Source: a plasmid. Taken from it: a stretch of DNA of 64,000 nt. The notes beneath the pieces are model-generated. The model worked only from the letters and a program-made list of their open reading frames with translations, was not told the DNA's origin and did not search any database. Below are positions 1 to 9,326 of this stretch, piece after piece. Numbering within the stretch: the first letter of the stretch is position 1; every line of letters begins with the position of its first letter. Both the position numbers and the translations under genes were made by a program. The DNA lies in sequence record NZ_MK262712.1. One strand, written 5' to 3'.

Positions 1-286
1 CTTCACCATACGGCGTAGAGTGATCGGATTTGGACGATATTTACTGTTTAACGGAGCACGAAAAGGAGTAACTCTTTTGAAAATAGGTATAACGTCATTT
101 TCTCCAAAACAGTCAACATTAAAGTGCTCGTTTGCACGGACAATAATGTATTCCTCTTCATCTTGATATTCTATAGCCTTGGTTAACTCATGAGGTTCGA
201 AATATTTAATTTCTAAGTCAGAGTTAACATTCAAAGTTAGAATTTTTGCATTGTTGTTAGCAGTAGTAGCGGGTGTCATATATAAC
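1..286 (-). CDS. Partial CDS running off the window start; hypothetical protein
   Basis: Minus-strand ATG at 286-284 (MTPATTANNNAKILTLNVNSDLEIKYFEPHELTKAIEYQ...). It is open to the window edge and co-oriented with the downstream operon. No recognisable motif. Confidence 0.3.
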
Positions 287-306
287 TCCGTTGGATATTT
301 ATGAAA

Positions 307-1143
307 TTAAAGGTTTTTGATAATGGCTTTCGAAGTGCTGAAAAGTAATCCGTAATCAAAACCGTATACATGAGATATTACCTTACATGCATCGGAATAT
401 AACCACTCAACATAATCCACAGCTTCGGTTTTAAGAACATAAGAATCGGTATTCTGATCCAAAGTCCAGGCACCATTTTCACTTAGATTTTCAAGGATAA
501 TCATTTGCTCATCGAAAATCTTTTTAAAGAGTTTCAATCTGTCAGCTATTGACCATTTAATGATCAATGATCTCCTTGTATAACAATATCTATCATCTAA
601 GAAATCTGACCATTTAATCGGGCCTATAATAGGATGAGAAAATGTTAAGTTGTCAGTTTCTAAAGATTTAATAAGATCTTGCCTTGACTCTCTTGAACGT
701 ATTGCAAGAAGAAGTCTTGACTTAATAAAATCAATAATTTCATCTGGGTCATATCCGAAGCGATGACACACAATTTGAAATTGTTTAGTACAATACCAAT
801 CTAACTCCAATTTTAATTTCGGTGTTAGATATCGAAACCCATTGGCATCAATTTTATAGACCATCGATTGGTCTATATGGTACTGAACGGTTACAAAAGA
901 TGACTCCATTATTTTATAGAAGAACGTACATATATGTTCATCTGTCCAAATGAAATCATCTAGCTCTTGATAATCATGGTTCGGTACTTTGTTACCATGA
1001 TCTTCAACTATTGAGTTTGATTCCACAGGTATATATACCTTTTCTTTAATTCCATCATCCTCAAAGAAGAATCTGAAACTAAGTTGGTTTTCATTCTCAA
1101 TCTTTCTTAATTTACTACTTAAATGCATGATAGGTTTCTCCAT
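307..1143 (-). CDS. Hypothetical protein, 278 aa
   Basis: Long ORF, co-directional with the helicase operon, no recognisable motif. Confidence 0.4.
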   Translation of the reverse strand: MEKPIMHLSSKLRKIENENQLSFRFFFEDDGIKEKVYIPVESNSIVEDHGNKVPNHDYQELDDFIWTDEHICTFFYKIMESSFVTVQYHIDQSMVYKIDANGFRYLTPKLKLELDWYCTKQFQIVCHRFGYDPDEIIDFIKSRLLLAIRSRESRQDLIKSLETDNLTFSHPIIGPIKWSDFLDDRYCYTRRSLIIKWSIADRLKLFKKIFDEQMIILENLSENGAWTLDQNTDSYVLKTEAVDYVEWLYSDACKVISHVYGFDYGLLFSTSKAIIKNL

Positions 1144-1189
1144 AGGAGAAACCCAAATGGGATTTCTCCCAATAGGGGTTAAAAAATTA

Positions 1190-1543
1190 TTAACGTGTTA
1201 AGAACCTTGAACCGCCGAAACCTTCAATAGGCTTAGGAGCTCGGTGAATCAATTTCTGGGCCTGGACTCTAACAACCGTCAATTCACCAGAGTGAACTTT
1301 ATCAGTCACCAGACAACCAGTTATCATCAGGTTATCGCCTCGAATAATCTCTTTAAACTCCTTATCATACAGGTCTTGAGGTATTTTCACTTGGATCGAT
1401 GAAACTACCATTTCTATTTTACCATTTCTTTCCATTTCCTGTTTGTTATCCAGTATTAGCATAATAGTGTCATATTCATTACGAACAATCACCTTATTAA
1501 CCTCGCCGGAAACGCAAACAGTATTTATGTGATTTGTAAACAT
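1190..1543 (-). CDS. Small OB-fold-like protein (SSB/PriB-like ssDNA-binding candidate), 117 aa
   Basis: Alternating hydrophobic beta-strand pattern (VCVSGEVNKVIVRNEYDTIMLIL...LMITGCLVTDK...ELTVVRVQAQKL) resembles OB-fold SSB/PriB cores. It lacks the acidic SSB tail, so this is weak. Confidence 0.3.
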   Translation of the reverse strand: MFTNHINTVCVSGEVNKVIVRNEYDTIMLILDNKQEMERNGKIEMVVSSIQVKIPQDLYDKEFKEIIRGDNLMITGCLVTDKVHSGELTVVRVQAQKLIHRAPKPIEGFGGSRFLTR

Positions 1544-1560
1544 GTTAGGCCTCTTTTAAA

Positions 1561-1595
1561 AAACAAAAAGAGACCCAAAAGGAGTCTCTTTTTCT
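1561..1595. terminator. Rho-independent terminator-like hairpin between two minus-strand genes
   Basis: Stem AGAGACC / GGAGTCTCT, flanked by an A-run and a T-run. Confidence 0.45.
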
Positions 1596-1687
1596 CCTTA
1601 TGGATGTGTGATTAAACAAAATTTAGAAGATGATACCTTTTTATAAAGGACAACTTTTATAGTTGAACTCCATGAATAAGATAAGTA

Positions 1688-2716
1688 TCAATTATAGCCA
1701 ATGAAGTTCATAATAGTTGAGATTCCGAAATAGAGAATGGCAACACAAGCAGCACCTTTCAGTACTCTTGATACCGTATTATCATATCCCTTTACAAAAC
1801 TATTATTTTCTACAGCTTTAATTTCTTGAGCTTGATTTGTTTCCATAGCTGCTTTAGCTTTCATTTCATCATCTTTCAATGATGCTTCAAGTTTAAGCAG
1901 TCGTGGCATTAAATCTGCAACTACAAAATCAAAACTATTTACTTTGTGAATCATCATCTCGTTAAATGATAAGTCATAGTATTTGTCTTGAAGCCCGAAT
2001 TCACTCATCAAAGGCTTCAATTTACCATAAAGGTCATTGAGGTCCTCATGACGAGATTCAACGGTCTCAACAAAGTGCTGACGTTTATAAAAAACATGCA
2101 CCTCATCAATAACCATATCAAGCCATTGACTTACTTTAACAGCACCCAGCTTGGTCAGTTTATCTTTACCGAAGTGAAGAGACTCTGAAGTAACAATGGA
2201 GCTGATATTCAACTCAACAAGCTTTTCATCAAGAGATGATAAAAAAGCTTCGAGCGTTTTTTCACGTGGGATGTCGGGAAATTCTTCAAGAAGTTGTTCA
2301 GCCTCATCGAGGTTGATCTCATTAATGAAGACATCACCAACATTCACGCTGTAAATCACAGAACGTTCACAACCAACTAAATGCTTCAGTTTAGAACTTT
2401 CTTCAAGCGCCTTTAACTCAATTACACGGCTGACAGATTCTGTCATATACCAGATGTAACTCTTATCGTCATCGGTGCCTTTTTCTATTTTACAAATATC
2501 ACTGCCAGTATTCGATGGTGGAATTTCTTCACCATAAAACGCTTTGGAATAAGCCATCAAAATTGAATCTTTCTCAATTTTGTCAGCAGCCGGGCGTGAC
2601 GGTTTAGCACTGGTGGCGGTTTTAGCACGTGTTGGGGTTTTAGCTTTGGGTTTAGCAGTAGTAGCAGTAGTCATTTTATATACCTTTAAGTTTAGAATTA
2701 AATCCGGAAAAACCAT
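1688..2716 (-). CDS. Hypothetical protein with Lys/Ala/Thr/Pro-rich N-terminus and hydrophobic C-terminal segment, 342 aa
   Basis: N-terminus TTATTAKPKAKTPTRAKTATSAKPSRPAADK is a low-complexity basic region of the histone-H1/AT-hook kind. C-terminus AACVAILYFGISTIMNFIGYN is a predicted TM helix. An alternative start is at 2674. Confidence 0.45.
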   Translation of the reverse strand: MVFPDLILNLKVYKMTTATTAKPKAKTPTRAKTATSAKPSRPAADKIEKDSILMAYSKAFYGEEIPPSNTGSDICKIEKGTDDDKSYIWYMTESVSRVIELKALEESSKLKHLVGCERSVIYSVNVGDVFINEINLDEAEQLLEEFPDIPREKTLEAFLSSLDEKLVELNISSIVTSESLHFGKDKLTKLGAVKVSQWLDMVIDEVHVFYKRQHFVETVESRHEDLNDLYGKLKPLMSEFGLQDKYYDLSFNEMMIHKVNSFDFVVADLMPRLLKLEASLKDDEMKAKAAMETNQAQEIKAVENNSFVKGYDNTVSRVLKGAACVAILYFGISTIMNFIGYN

Positions 2717-3007
2717 TTACGCAGTTTATTTAGAAATTGGCGAAAGCCGTCGTTTATCACCCTGAAGCAACAAACCGCCTGAGTTTATACTTTTCTGGCA
2801 TTAGAAAGTCCGTAGAAAGTTACTTTTTGAAAGCAATTTAACTACGAGTTGTGGTAAGACAGATGTGAGTTATCGCACCAGCGCCATTCTTTTGGAAAGA
2901 GGCTCTGGTGTCGAAACTCAAAATTGAGCTACCCATTTATGGATATCTTAGAAGGTATAAAGGTATTAAAAGTAAAACTATTGAGAAATTTATACATCAA
3001 CCCTGTA

Positions 3008-4831
3008 TCATTGTAAACACATATCTTCACTTCCCTCAATAATTGGTATTTCTTCAGCTAACTCAACTACTTTCGGGAACGACTCAGTGATAAACTCTGA
3101 CGGTTTCCCATGCCAGGTAATGTAAAGCTCAAGCTCTGCCCTTGTCATCCCAACAAAAAATAAACGACGCTCCTCTTCTATCCCTTCATCACCGATAACC
3201 TTCGGTGAGGGTATTTGGTCGTGGTTGCAGTTGATGATTAGTACTTTTTTCCATTCCAGTCCTTTGGAACCATGGAGCGTGCAGAGACAGATTCCACTTT
3301 GCTCTGTTTCACTAGATTCCACTTTGTTACCCATGGTCATGCCAGCTGCAATATTTAGCATCTTAAGCCATCCATCTTTCATTGCCCAACGGTAGCATGA
3401 CATTAAAGAAATCCGGGTTACTGACGAATCACCTTTCGTATTGGACATCTTGTATCCGGCCATTTCTAACCATTCTTTAATTTTTTTAAAACGGTTTTCA
3501 ATTTCTTCTTTGACTCGTGTATCAGTCATCATCGGTGCCATGTGCTTGTGTAGGGTTTTGGTAAGGACTGATGCATCAGGAGGTAAATCAGTTTGTTGAA
3601 AAGTAACTTTTTTGGAACTCATATGCTTCCACACTGTGTCCAAAACTTGTTCATCCTCATTGAGGAAAGATAGAACTCGTTTCATCAGACCGATGTTACC
3701 TGGCTGTCGGAAAAAGGAGAACAGATGGAGAATGTTACTTGGCTCTAATCCCTCCCAGAAGGATTTTCCCCCTATCCTCGTAACCGGAACTTCAAGATAA
3801 CTTTCCATTTTGTCGAGTGTCGTGTTGTTTCGGCTTAAAATCGCCCAATCATGAGGGTTTTTCTCCACCAGCTCCTTGATCACATCAAATTGGTCGTCTG
3901 CCTTATCCGATCTTATAAAAGTTACTTTTCCTTTATCCCCATTTCTGCCTGACACGAGACTCTTTTCATAGCGGGCTTTGTTCTTTCTGATCACTGTATC
4001 AGCAAATTTAAGGATCAATGGTGCACACCTGAAACATTTGGTCAGGTGAAAAACGTTAGGATTATATGCTTTATCAAACTGACGAAAGATCTTAACTCCA
4101 CCTGCATCTCTGAAACTGTATATTGTCTGGTCATCATCGCCTACGATTGTGGTGTTGATGCCCCTCTTTGCGTGCTCAGATATCCAAGTGAATTGAATAC
4201 CATCGGTGTCCTGTACTTCATCAACAATCAGATGAGTAATACTTAAAGGCCTCATCTTATCGGCACTCAACATGCCCACTACATACTTTGAAAGTGAGTT
4301 AAAATCTGCAACATTATCCTTTTTGCAAAAGCTCATGTACTCGTTGTAGAACGCCACCTGGTCGCGTGTATATTTAATCCTGATAATGTCCGGGTTAAGC
4401 TCCCGGCCAATGCCGTCGATGAATGGCATTATGTCGTTCACACTTTCATGGTAGTTAAGATGTTTTTGTACCCGTGATACCATCGCCATTTGTTTGTGTC
4501 CGATTAGAAGCCCTCCTTTCCAACCGGTCTGGTTTACCATTTTTTTTATAAAACCGTGAAAGGTATCGACCTCTATACGGTTGAGAAACCTCGGCTCTAT
4601 CATTTTCTGGAGGCTATTTTTTAAAGAGTCTGTGGCCGCACGGGTAAAGGTTACCAGGGATACCCGGGCCAATGGATGACGTTGAAAAATGGCTTTTGTT
4701 CCCTCCTTCATGGTGAAGGATTTGCCACTCCCTGGACAGGCAATGACCATCGTGTTTTTATCCATATTTTGTATAACACGCTCTTGTTCTTCTGTACTCG
4801 ATGACATCTTAGCTCCTTCCTGTTCCGGCAT
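3008..4831 (-). CDS. UvrD/Rep-family superfamily-1 DNA helicase
   Basis: N-terminal UvrD signature (EEQERVIQN...MVIACPGSGKSFTM, Walker A), DExx box (LIVDEVQDTD), and characteristic later helicase motifs (VGDDDQTIYSFRDAGG ... LCTLHGSKGLEWKKV ... FVGMTRA). Confidence 0.8.
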   Translation of the reverse strand: MPEQEGAKMSSSTEEQERVIQNMDKNTMVIACPGSGKSFTMKEGTKAIFQRHPLARVSLVTFTRAATDSLKNSLQKMIEPRFLNRIEVDTFHGFIKKMVNQTGWKGGLLIGHKQMAMVSRVQKHLNYHESVNDIMPFIDGIGRELNPDIIRIKYTRDQVAFYNEYMSFCKKDNVADFNSLSKYVVGMLSADKMRPLSITHLIVDEVQDTDGIQFTWISEHAKRGINTTIVGDDDQTIYSFRDAGGVKIFRQFDKAYNPNVFHLTKCFRCAPLILKFADTVIRKNKARYEKSLVSGRNGDKGKVTFIRSDKADDQFDVIKELVEKNPHDWAILSRNNTTLDKMESYLEVPVTRIGGKSFWEGLEPSNILHLFSFFRQPGNIGLMKRVLSFLNEDEQVLDTVWKHMSSKKVTFQQTDLPPDASVLTKTLHKHMAPMMTDTRVKEEIENRFKKIKEWLEMAGYKMSNTKGDSSVTRISLMSCYRWAMKDGWLKMLNIAAGMTMGNKVESSETEQSGICLCTLHGSKGLEWKKVLIINCNHDQIPSPKVIGDEGIEEERRLFFVGMTRAELELYITWHGKPSEFITESFPKVVELAEEIPIIEGSEDMCLQ

Positions 4832-5097
4832 AAATCATGTCACATTCAGGAAAGAATTTTCTGAAATAGAGGCTGTTTTTCGTTTTATCTTCAGTATTTT
4901 GTATCATTGACTGCTCCCCGCCCAGAATGTACTGCACCTTTACTCAGTTGGAGTTCAACTTTTGGGATGCAGTTCAAAACAGGGCGAGGATTCCAACCCG
5001 CACGGGACGAGATTTCTAGGGAACTTAACTGATAAAAGCACCTTTAAAAGCACTCTTAAGCGTGCTATAATTGAGACTCTGAACAGGAGGTTTTTTT

Positions 5098-5346
5098 ATG
5101 GCATTTCAGGTACTAACCACTACTGCAGCAAGCATCACAGAGCTTAAACGTGATCCTATGGGCACTTTCAATGCAGGAGAAGGTGCCCCTGTAGCCATAC
5201 TGAATCGCAACGAACCCGCTTTTTACTGTGTACCGCCTGCTCTGTATGCTCAACTGATGGAGCTTCTTGAAGATCAGGAGCTGGGTCGTATTGCTGATGA
5301 GCGAATTGGTGAGGCGGTAATCGAGGTCAGTCTAGATGACTTATAA
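5098..5346 (+). CDS. Type II antitoxin, Phd/YefM-RelB (StbD-like) family
   Basis: 82 aa. The conserved Phd/YefM core (ITELKRDPMGT...APVAILNRNEPAFYCVPPALYAQLMELLED) overlaps the downstream toxin gene by 11 nt. Confidence 0.75.
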   Translation: MAFQVLTTTAASITELKRDPMGTFNAGEGAPVAILNRNEPAFYCVPPALYAQLMELLEDQELGRIADERIGEAVIEVSLDDL

Positions 5347-5620
5347 GCTGGCCTTTAATGAATCAGCTCTGAAAGAATGGAAAAAATTGGGCCATACCAT
5401 TCGGGAACAATTCAAAAAGAAGCTCGCTGAGCGCCTGTTGAACCCACGGGTGCCCGCATCGCAACTACATGGACGCAAAGACCAATACAAAATAAAGCTC
5501 CGTGGCGCAGGCTACCGACTGGTTTACAGTGTCAACGATGATGTTGTGACGGTCACCGTAATTGGCGTCGGTAAACGTGAGAATGATGATATTTACAATT
5601 TAACCAAACACAGAAATTAA
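5336..5620 (+). CDS. Type II toxin, RelE/ParE (StbE-like) family
   Basis: 94 aa. Typical RelE/ParE features (LAFNESALKEWKKL ... YKIKLRGAGYRLVYSVNDDVVTVTVIGVGKREN), translationally coupled to the upstream antitoxin. Confidence 0.75.
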   Translation: MTYKLAFNESALKEWKKLGHTIREQFKKKLAERLLNPRVPASQLHGRKDQYKIKLRGAGYRLVYSVNDDVVTVTVIGVGKRENDDIYNLTKHRN

Positions 5621-5639
5621 GAGCCCATTCGTTCAGGTA

Positions 5640-7048
5640 TTTAGTCACAAAAACAATCTTTACATGTAATAAATAGTCGGAATACCGACTTCTGTTTATT
5701 TCCTGCACCTGTTGACTCCGTGATATATATATGGTTATTTATACAGGTTGTCTCAATACACTCTGAATGCAAAATGCTAATCCAGAAAGCGTATAAATAC
5801 AGACTCAACCCGACAGATGCACAGGCGCAACGACTGCGTCAGATGTGCGGCTGCGCCCGTTTTGTCTGGAATTACGCCCTGGCAGAGACGCAGCGTATTC
5901 TTGAGGCCGGACAAAAACTCCCTTCCGCCTTTGAGCTGAATAAAATGCTGACAGGATGGAAGAAATTACCTGACCTGGCGTTTTTATCTGATGCCTACAC
6001 CGACAACCTTCAGCAGAAACTGAAAGACCTGCACGGGGCATGGATACGGTGCTTTGATAAAAAACTGGCAGCGAAAGCGCCCGTGTTCAAACGTAAAACC
6101 CACGGCAATGATTCCGTTCGTTTCGTCAATTTTGACAAATACTGCCAGCTTGAGTACAGACGCGTTAAGTTACCCTCGGGGCTGGGCTGGGTGACATTCC
6201 GGCAGTCCCGGGCCGTTGTGGGTAAAATCAAAAACGCAACGGTCAGCCAGCACGCTGGCGGCTGGTATATCTCGTTTCAGGTAGAAATGGAGGTCGAACA
6301 GCCCGCGCACCCGTCAACGTCTGCTGTCGGCCTGGATGCCGGTATCTGCAAGCTGGTAACGCTGTCAGACGGCACGGTGTTTGAACCTGTCAACAGTTTT
6401 AAACAGAACCAAAGCAGACTGGCAAGGTTACAGCGCCAGCTTGCCCGTAAAGTGAAATTCAGCGCAAACTGGAAGAAGCAGAAAGCAAAAATTTCCCGCT
6501 TACACGCGCATATCACCAATATCCGCCGCGATTACCTTCATAAAGTCACGACAACAATCAGCAAAAACCACGCGATGATCGTTATTGAAGATTTGAAGGT
6601 TTCCAACATGGCGAAATCGGCAGCGGGTACGGCAGACGAGCCGGGGCGCAACGTTACGGCAAAATCAGGTCTTAACCGGGCGATACTGGATCAGGGCTGG
6701 TACGAAATGCGCCGCCAGCTCGAATATAAGCAGCGATGGCGCGGCGGTGAGGTGCTGGCAGTAAATCCGGCCTACACCAGCCAGAAATGCGCCTGCTGTG
6801 GTCATACCTCGAAGGAAAACCGTCAATCGCAGGCCACATTTGTCTGCGTGGCGTGTGGATACGAAGCGAATGCTGATGTAAACGGCGCTTGTAATATTTT
6901 AGCGGCAGGACATGCCGTACTTGCCTGTGGAGGGACGGTGCAGTCAGTCCGCCCGATGAAGCAGGAACCTGGCACTGAGCGATCAGTCGTCACCCACTAA
7001 TGGGAATCCCCCTCCTGAATCGCGCAGCGTGAAGGTGGGGAGGATGTC
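5640..7048 (+). mobile_element. Partial IS200/IS605-family element: tnpB with only a tnpA 5' remnant (solo-tnpB copy)
   Basis: Bases 5640-5773 are about 90% identical to 7909-8037 of the full copy, including the first codons of tnpA. tnpA is otherwise missing. The subterminal hairpin right end gggaatccccctcctga...gtgaaggtggggagga is shared with copy 2. Confidence 0.7.
5774..7000 (+). CDS. tnpB: IS200/IS605-family TnpB (OrfB) RuvC-like nuclease, copy 1
   Basis: [17 protein letters not shown]...; C-terminal zinc finger CACCGH...[18 protein letters not shown]. Nearly identical to copy 2 except for the last ~25 codons. Confidence 0.85.
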   Translation: MLIQKAYKYRLNPTDAQAQRLRQMCGCARFVWNYALAETQRILEAGQKLPSAFELNKMLTGWKKLPDLAFLSDAYTDNLQQKLKDLHGAWIRCFDKKLAAKAPVFKRKTHGNDSVRFVNFDKYCQLEYRRVKLPSGLGWVTFRQSRAVVGKIKNATVSQHAGGWYISFQVEMEVEQPAHPSTSAVGLDAGICKLVTLSDGTVFEPVNSFKQNQSRLARLQRQLARKVKFSANWKKQKAKISRLHAHITNIRRDYLHKVTTTISKNHAMIVIEDLKVSNMAKSAAGTADEPGRNVTAKSGLNRAILDQGWYEMRRQLEYKQRWRGGEVLAVNPAYTSQKCACCGHTSKENRQSQATFVCVACGYEANADVNGACNILAAGHAVLACGGTVQSVRPMKQEPGTERSVVTH

Positions 7049-7053
7049 AAATT

Positions 7054-7116
7054 CCGTATAACACGTTCTTGTTCTTCAGTACTTGATTACATCTTAATTC
7101 CCTTATGTTCCTGCAT
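7054..7116 (-). pseudogene. Duplicated 5' fragment (about 20 codons plus promoter) of the UvrD-like helicase gene, truncated at the IS end
   Basis: 7054-7175 is about 75% identical to 4790-4900 (the helicase start and upstream region). The minus-strand reading MQEHKGIK*SSTEEQERVIRN matches helicase MPEQEGAKMSSSTEEQERVIQN but carries an in-frame stop. Confidence 0.45.
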
Positions 7117-7270
7117 AAATCATTTCACATTCAGGAATTATTTTTGGAAATATAGGCTTTTTAGTTTTTTTCATGATTTTTTCCTCGTCACCGGTAGCTC
7201 AAGTTAACAGCCTCCCCCTCTCTGAAGAAGGGCGAGGATTACCACTTCAACGCAACCTACCTAAACCACA

Positions 7271-7480
7271 TTAAGCGGCTTTAGGGTTTACAGTCGCTCC
7301 GTGGGCTAATGTGATCAGCCCGACCGCTTTTATATTCTTCGCCGCATTTACGTCACTATCATGGTTAGCCCCACATTCAGGGCAAATCCATGACCTGACG
7401 TTAAGCGCCATTTTTGTCATGGTATAGACGCAACCGCTATAGCGTTTTGAGGACGGGAAAAACTGGTCAATGGCGACCAC
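7271..7480 (-). pseudogene. C-terminal fragment of a different IS200/IS605-family tnpB
   Basis: 69-aa ORF ends with the TnpB zinc finger CPECGANHDSDVNAAKNI and has no N-terminal RuvC part. A hairpin-rich end follows at 7185-7270. Confidence 0.55.
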
Positions 7481-7573
7481 GGATCGCCCCGACCATCTTT
7501 TGTCTCAAAGGGTACTCCCACCGTGGCAGGCGGGAGGGGAATTTGAATTGACGCGCTAGCGTTAAAGGAACAT

Positions 7574-7972
7574 TTAGCCGCGCTGGTGCTGAATGTAGCG
7601 CTTTACGACTTCCAGCGGTGCTCCACCACATGACCCAACAAAGTAGCTGCGTGACCAGAGAACAGGCTTATTGTACGCCTCCCGCAAATCCAGAAATTCA
7701 TTCCGTAGCCGCCGACTTGTGACGGCTTTCAGGCTGTTAACCAGTTTTGACAGTTGCACAGTTGGTGGGTATTCGACCAGCATGTGAACATGATCGGCTT
7801 CTCCGTCACATTCTTTCAGTACAGCACCGAAATCACCGCAAACTTCACCTGCATACTGATTTACTTTTTCCAGATGTAACTCACCGAAAACTTTACGGCG
7901 GTACTTAGTCACAAAAACAATGTGAACATGTAATAAATAGGCAGAATGACGACTTCTGTTTATTTCCTGCAC
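7574..7972 (-). CDS. tnpA: IS200-type Y1 HuH transposase TnpA
   Basis: 132 aa with HuH motif HVHMLV and the conserved SRSYFVGSCGG tail. Confidence 0.85.
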   Translation of the reverse strand: MQEINRSRHSAYLLHVHIVFVTKYRRKVFGELHLEKVNQYAGEVCGDFGAVLKECDGEADHVHMLVEYPPTVQLSKLVNSLKAVTSRRLRNEFLDLREAYNKPVLWSRSYFVGSCGGAPLEVVKRYIQHQRG

Positions 7973-8037
7973 CTGTTGACTCCGTGATGTACATATGGTT
8001 ATTTATACAGGTTATCTCAATACACACTGAATGCAAA

Positions 8038-9225
8038 ATGCTAATCCAGAAAGCGTATAAATACAGACTCAATCCGACAGATGCACAGGCGCAACGACTG
8101 CGTCAGATGTGCGGCTGCGCCCGTTTTGTCTGGAATTACGCCCTGGCAGAGACGCAGCGTATTCTTGAGGCCGGACAAAAACTCCCTTCCGCCTTTGAGC
8201 TGAATAAAATGCTGACAGGATGGAAGAAATTACCTGACCTGGCGTTTTTATCTGATGCCTACACCGACAACCTTCAGCAGAAACTGAAAGACCTGCACGG
8301 GGCATGGATACGGTGCTTTGATAAAAAACTGGCAGCGAAAGCGCCCGTGTTCAAACGTAAAACCCACGGCAATGATTCCGTTCGTTTCGTCAATTTTGAC
8401 AAATACTGCCAGCTTGAGTACAGACGCGTTAAGTTACCCTCGGGGCTGGGCTGGGTGACATTCCGGCAGTCCCGGGCCGTTGTGGGTAAAATCAAAAACG
8501 CAACGGTCAGCCAGCACGCTGGCGGCTGGTATATCTCGTTTCAGGTAGAAATGGAGGTCGAACAGCCCGCGCACCCGTCAACGTCTGCTGTCGGCCTGGA
8601 TGCCGGTATCTGCAAGCTGGTAACGCTGTCAGACGGCACGGTGTTTGAACCTGTCAACAGTTTTAAACAGAACCAAAGCAGACTGGCAAGGTTACAGCGC
8701 CAGCTTGCCCGTAAAGTGAAATTCAGTGCGAACTGGAAGAAGCAGAAAGCAAGAATTTCCCGCTTACATTCGCATATCGCCAACATCCGCCGCGATTACC
8801 TTCACAAAGTCACGACAACAATCAGCAAAAACCACGCGATGATCGTTATTGAAGATTTGAAGGTTTCCAACATGTCGAAATCGGCAGCGGGTACGGTAGA
8901 CGAGCCGGGGCGCAACGTTGCGGCAAAATCAGGTCTTAACCGGGCGATACTGGATCAGGGCTGGTACGAAATGCGCCGCCAGCTCGAATATAAGCAGCGA
9001 TGGCGCGGCGGTGAGGTGCTGGCAGTAAATCCGGCATATACCAGCCAGAAATGCGCGCGTTGCGGTCATACAGTAAAGGAAAATCGTCAATCGCAGGCAG
9101 TATTTGTCTGCGTGGCGTGTGGATACGAAGCGAACGCCGACATAAACGGCGCTCAAAATATTCTCGCGGCAGGACATGCCGTGTTGTCCGGGATTAACCC
9201 CGGACGCGCCCGTAAGGCGGCGTAA
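8038..9225 (+). CDS. tnpB: IS200/IS605-family TnpB (OrfB), copy 2
   Basis: Same as copy 1. Zinc finger CARCGH...[18 protein letters not shown]. Confidence 0.85.
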   Translation: MLIQKAYKYRLNPTDAQAQRLRQMCGCARFVWNYALAETQRILEAGQKLPSAFELNKMLTGWKKLPDLAFLSDAYTDNLQQKLKDLHGAWIRCFDKKLAAKAPVFKRKTHGNDSVRFVNFDKYCQLEYRRVKLPSGLGWVTFRQSRAVVGKIKNATVSQHAGGWYISFQVEMEVEQPAHPSTSAVGLDAGICKLVTLSDGTVFEPVNSFKQNQSRLARLQRQLARKVKFSANWKKQKARISRLHSHIANIRRDYLHKVTTTISKNHAMIVIEDLKVSNMSKSAAGTVDEPGRNVAAKSGLNRAILDQGWYEMRRQLEYKQRWRGGEVLAVNPAYTSQKCARCGHTVKENRQSQAVFVCVACGYEANADINGAQNILAAGHAVLSGINPGRARKAA

Positions 9226-9326
9226 GCCGTTAAGCGAGGAACCGGGCAATGCGGTAACGCGTTGCTACCCTACAAAGGGAATCCCCTTCCTGATTCACGT
9301 AGTGAGAAGGTGGGGGAGGATGTCAA

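Larger units (their letters stand above)
7495..9326 (+). mobile_element. Complete IS200/IS605-family insertion sequence (divergent tnpA and tnpB)
   Basis: Left-end hairpin region 7495-7560, tnpA (minus), tnpB (plus), and a right-end subterminal palindrome ending at ...ggaggatgtcaag. Confidence 0.75.
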
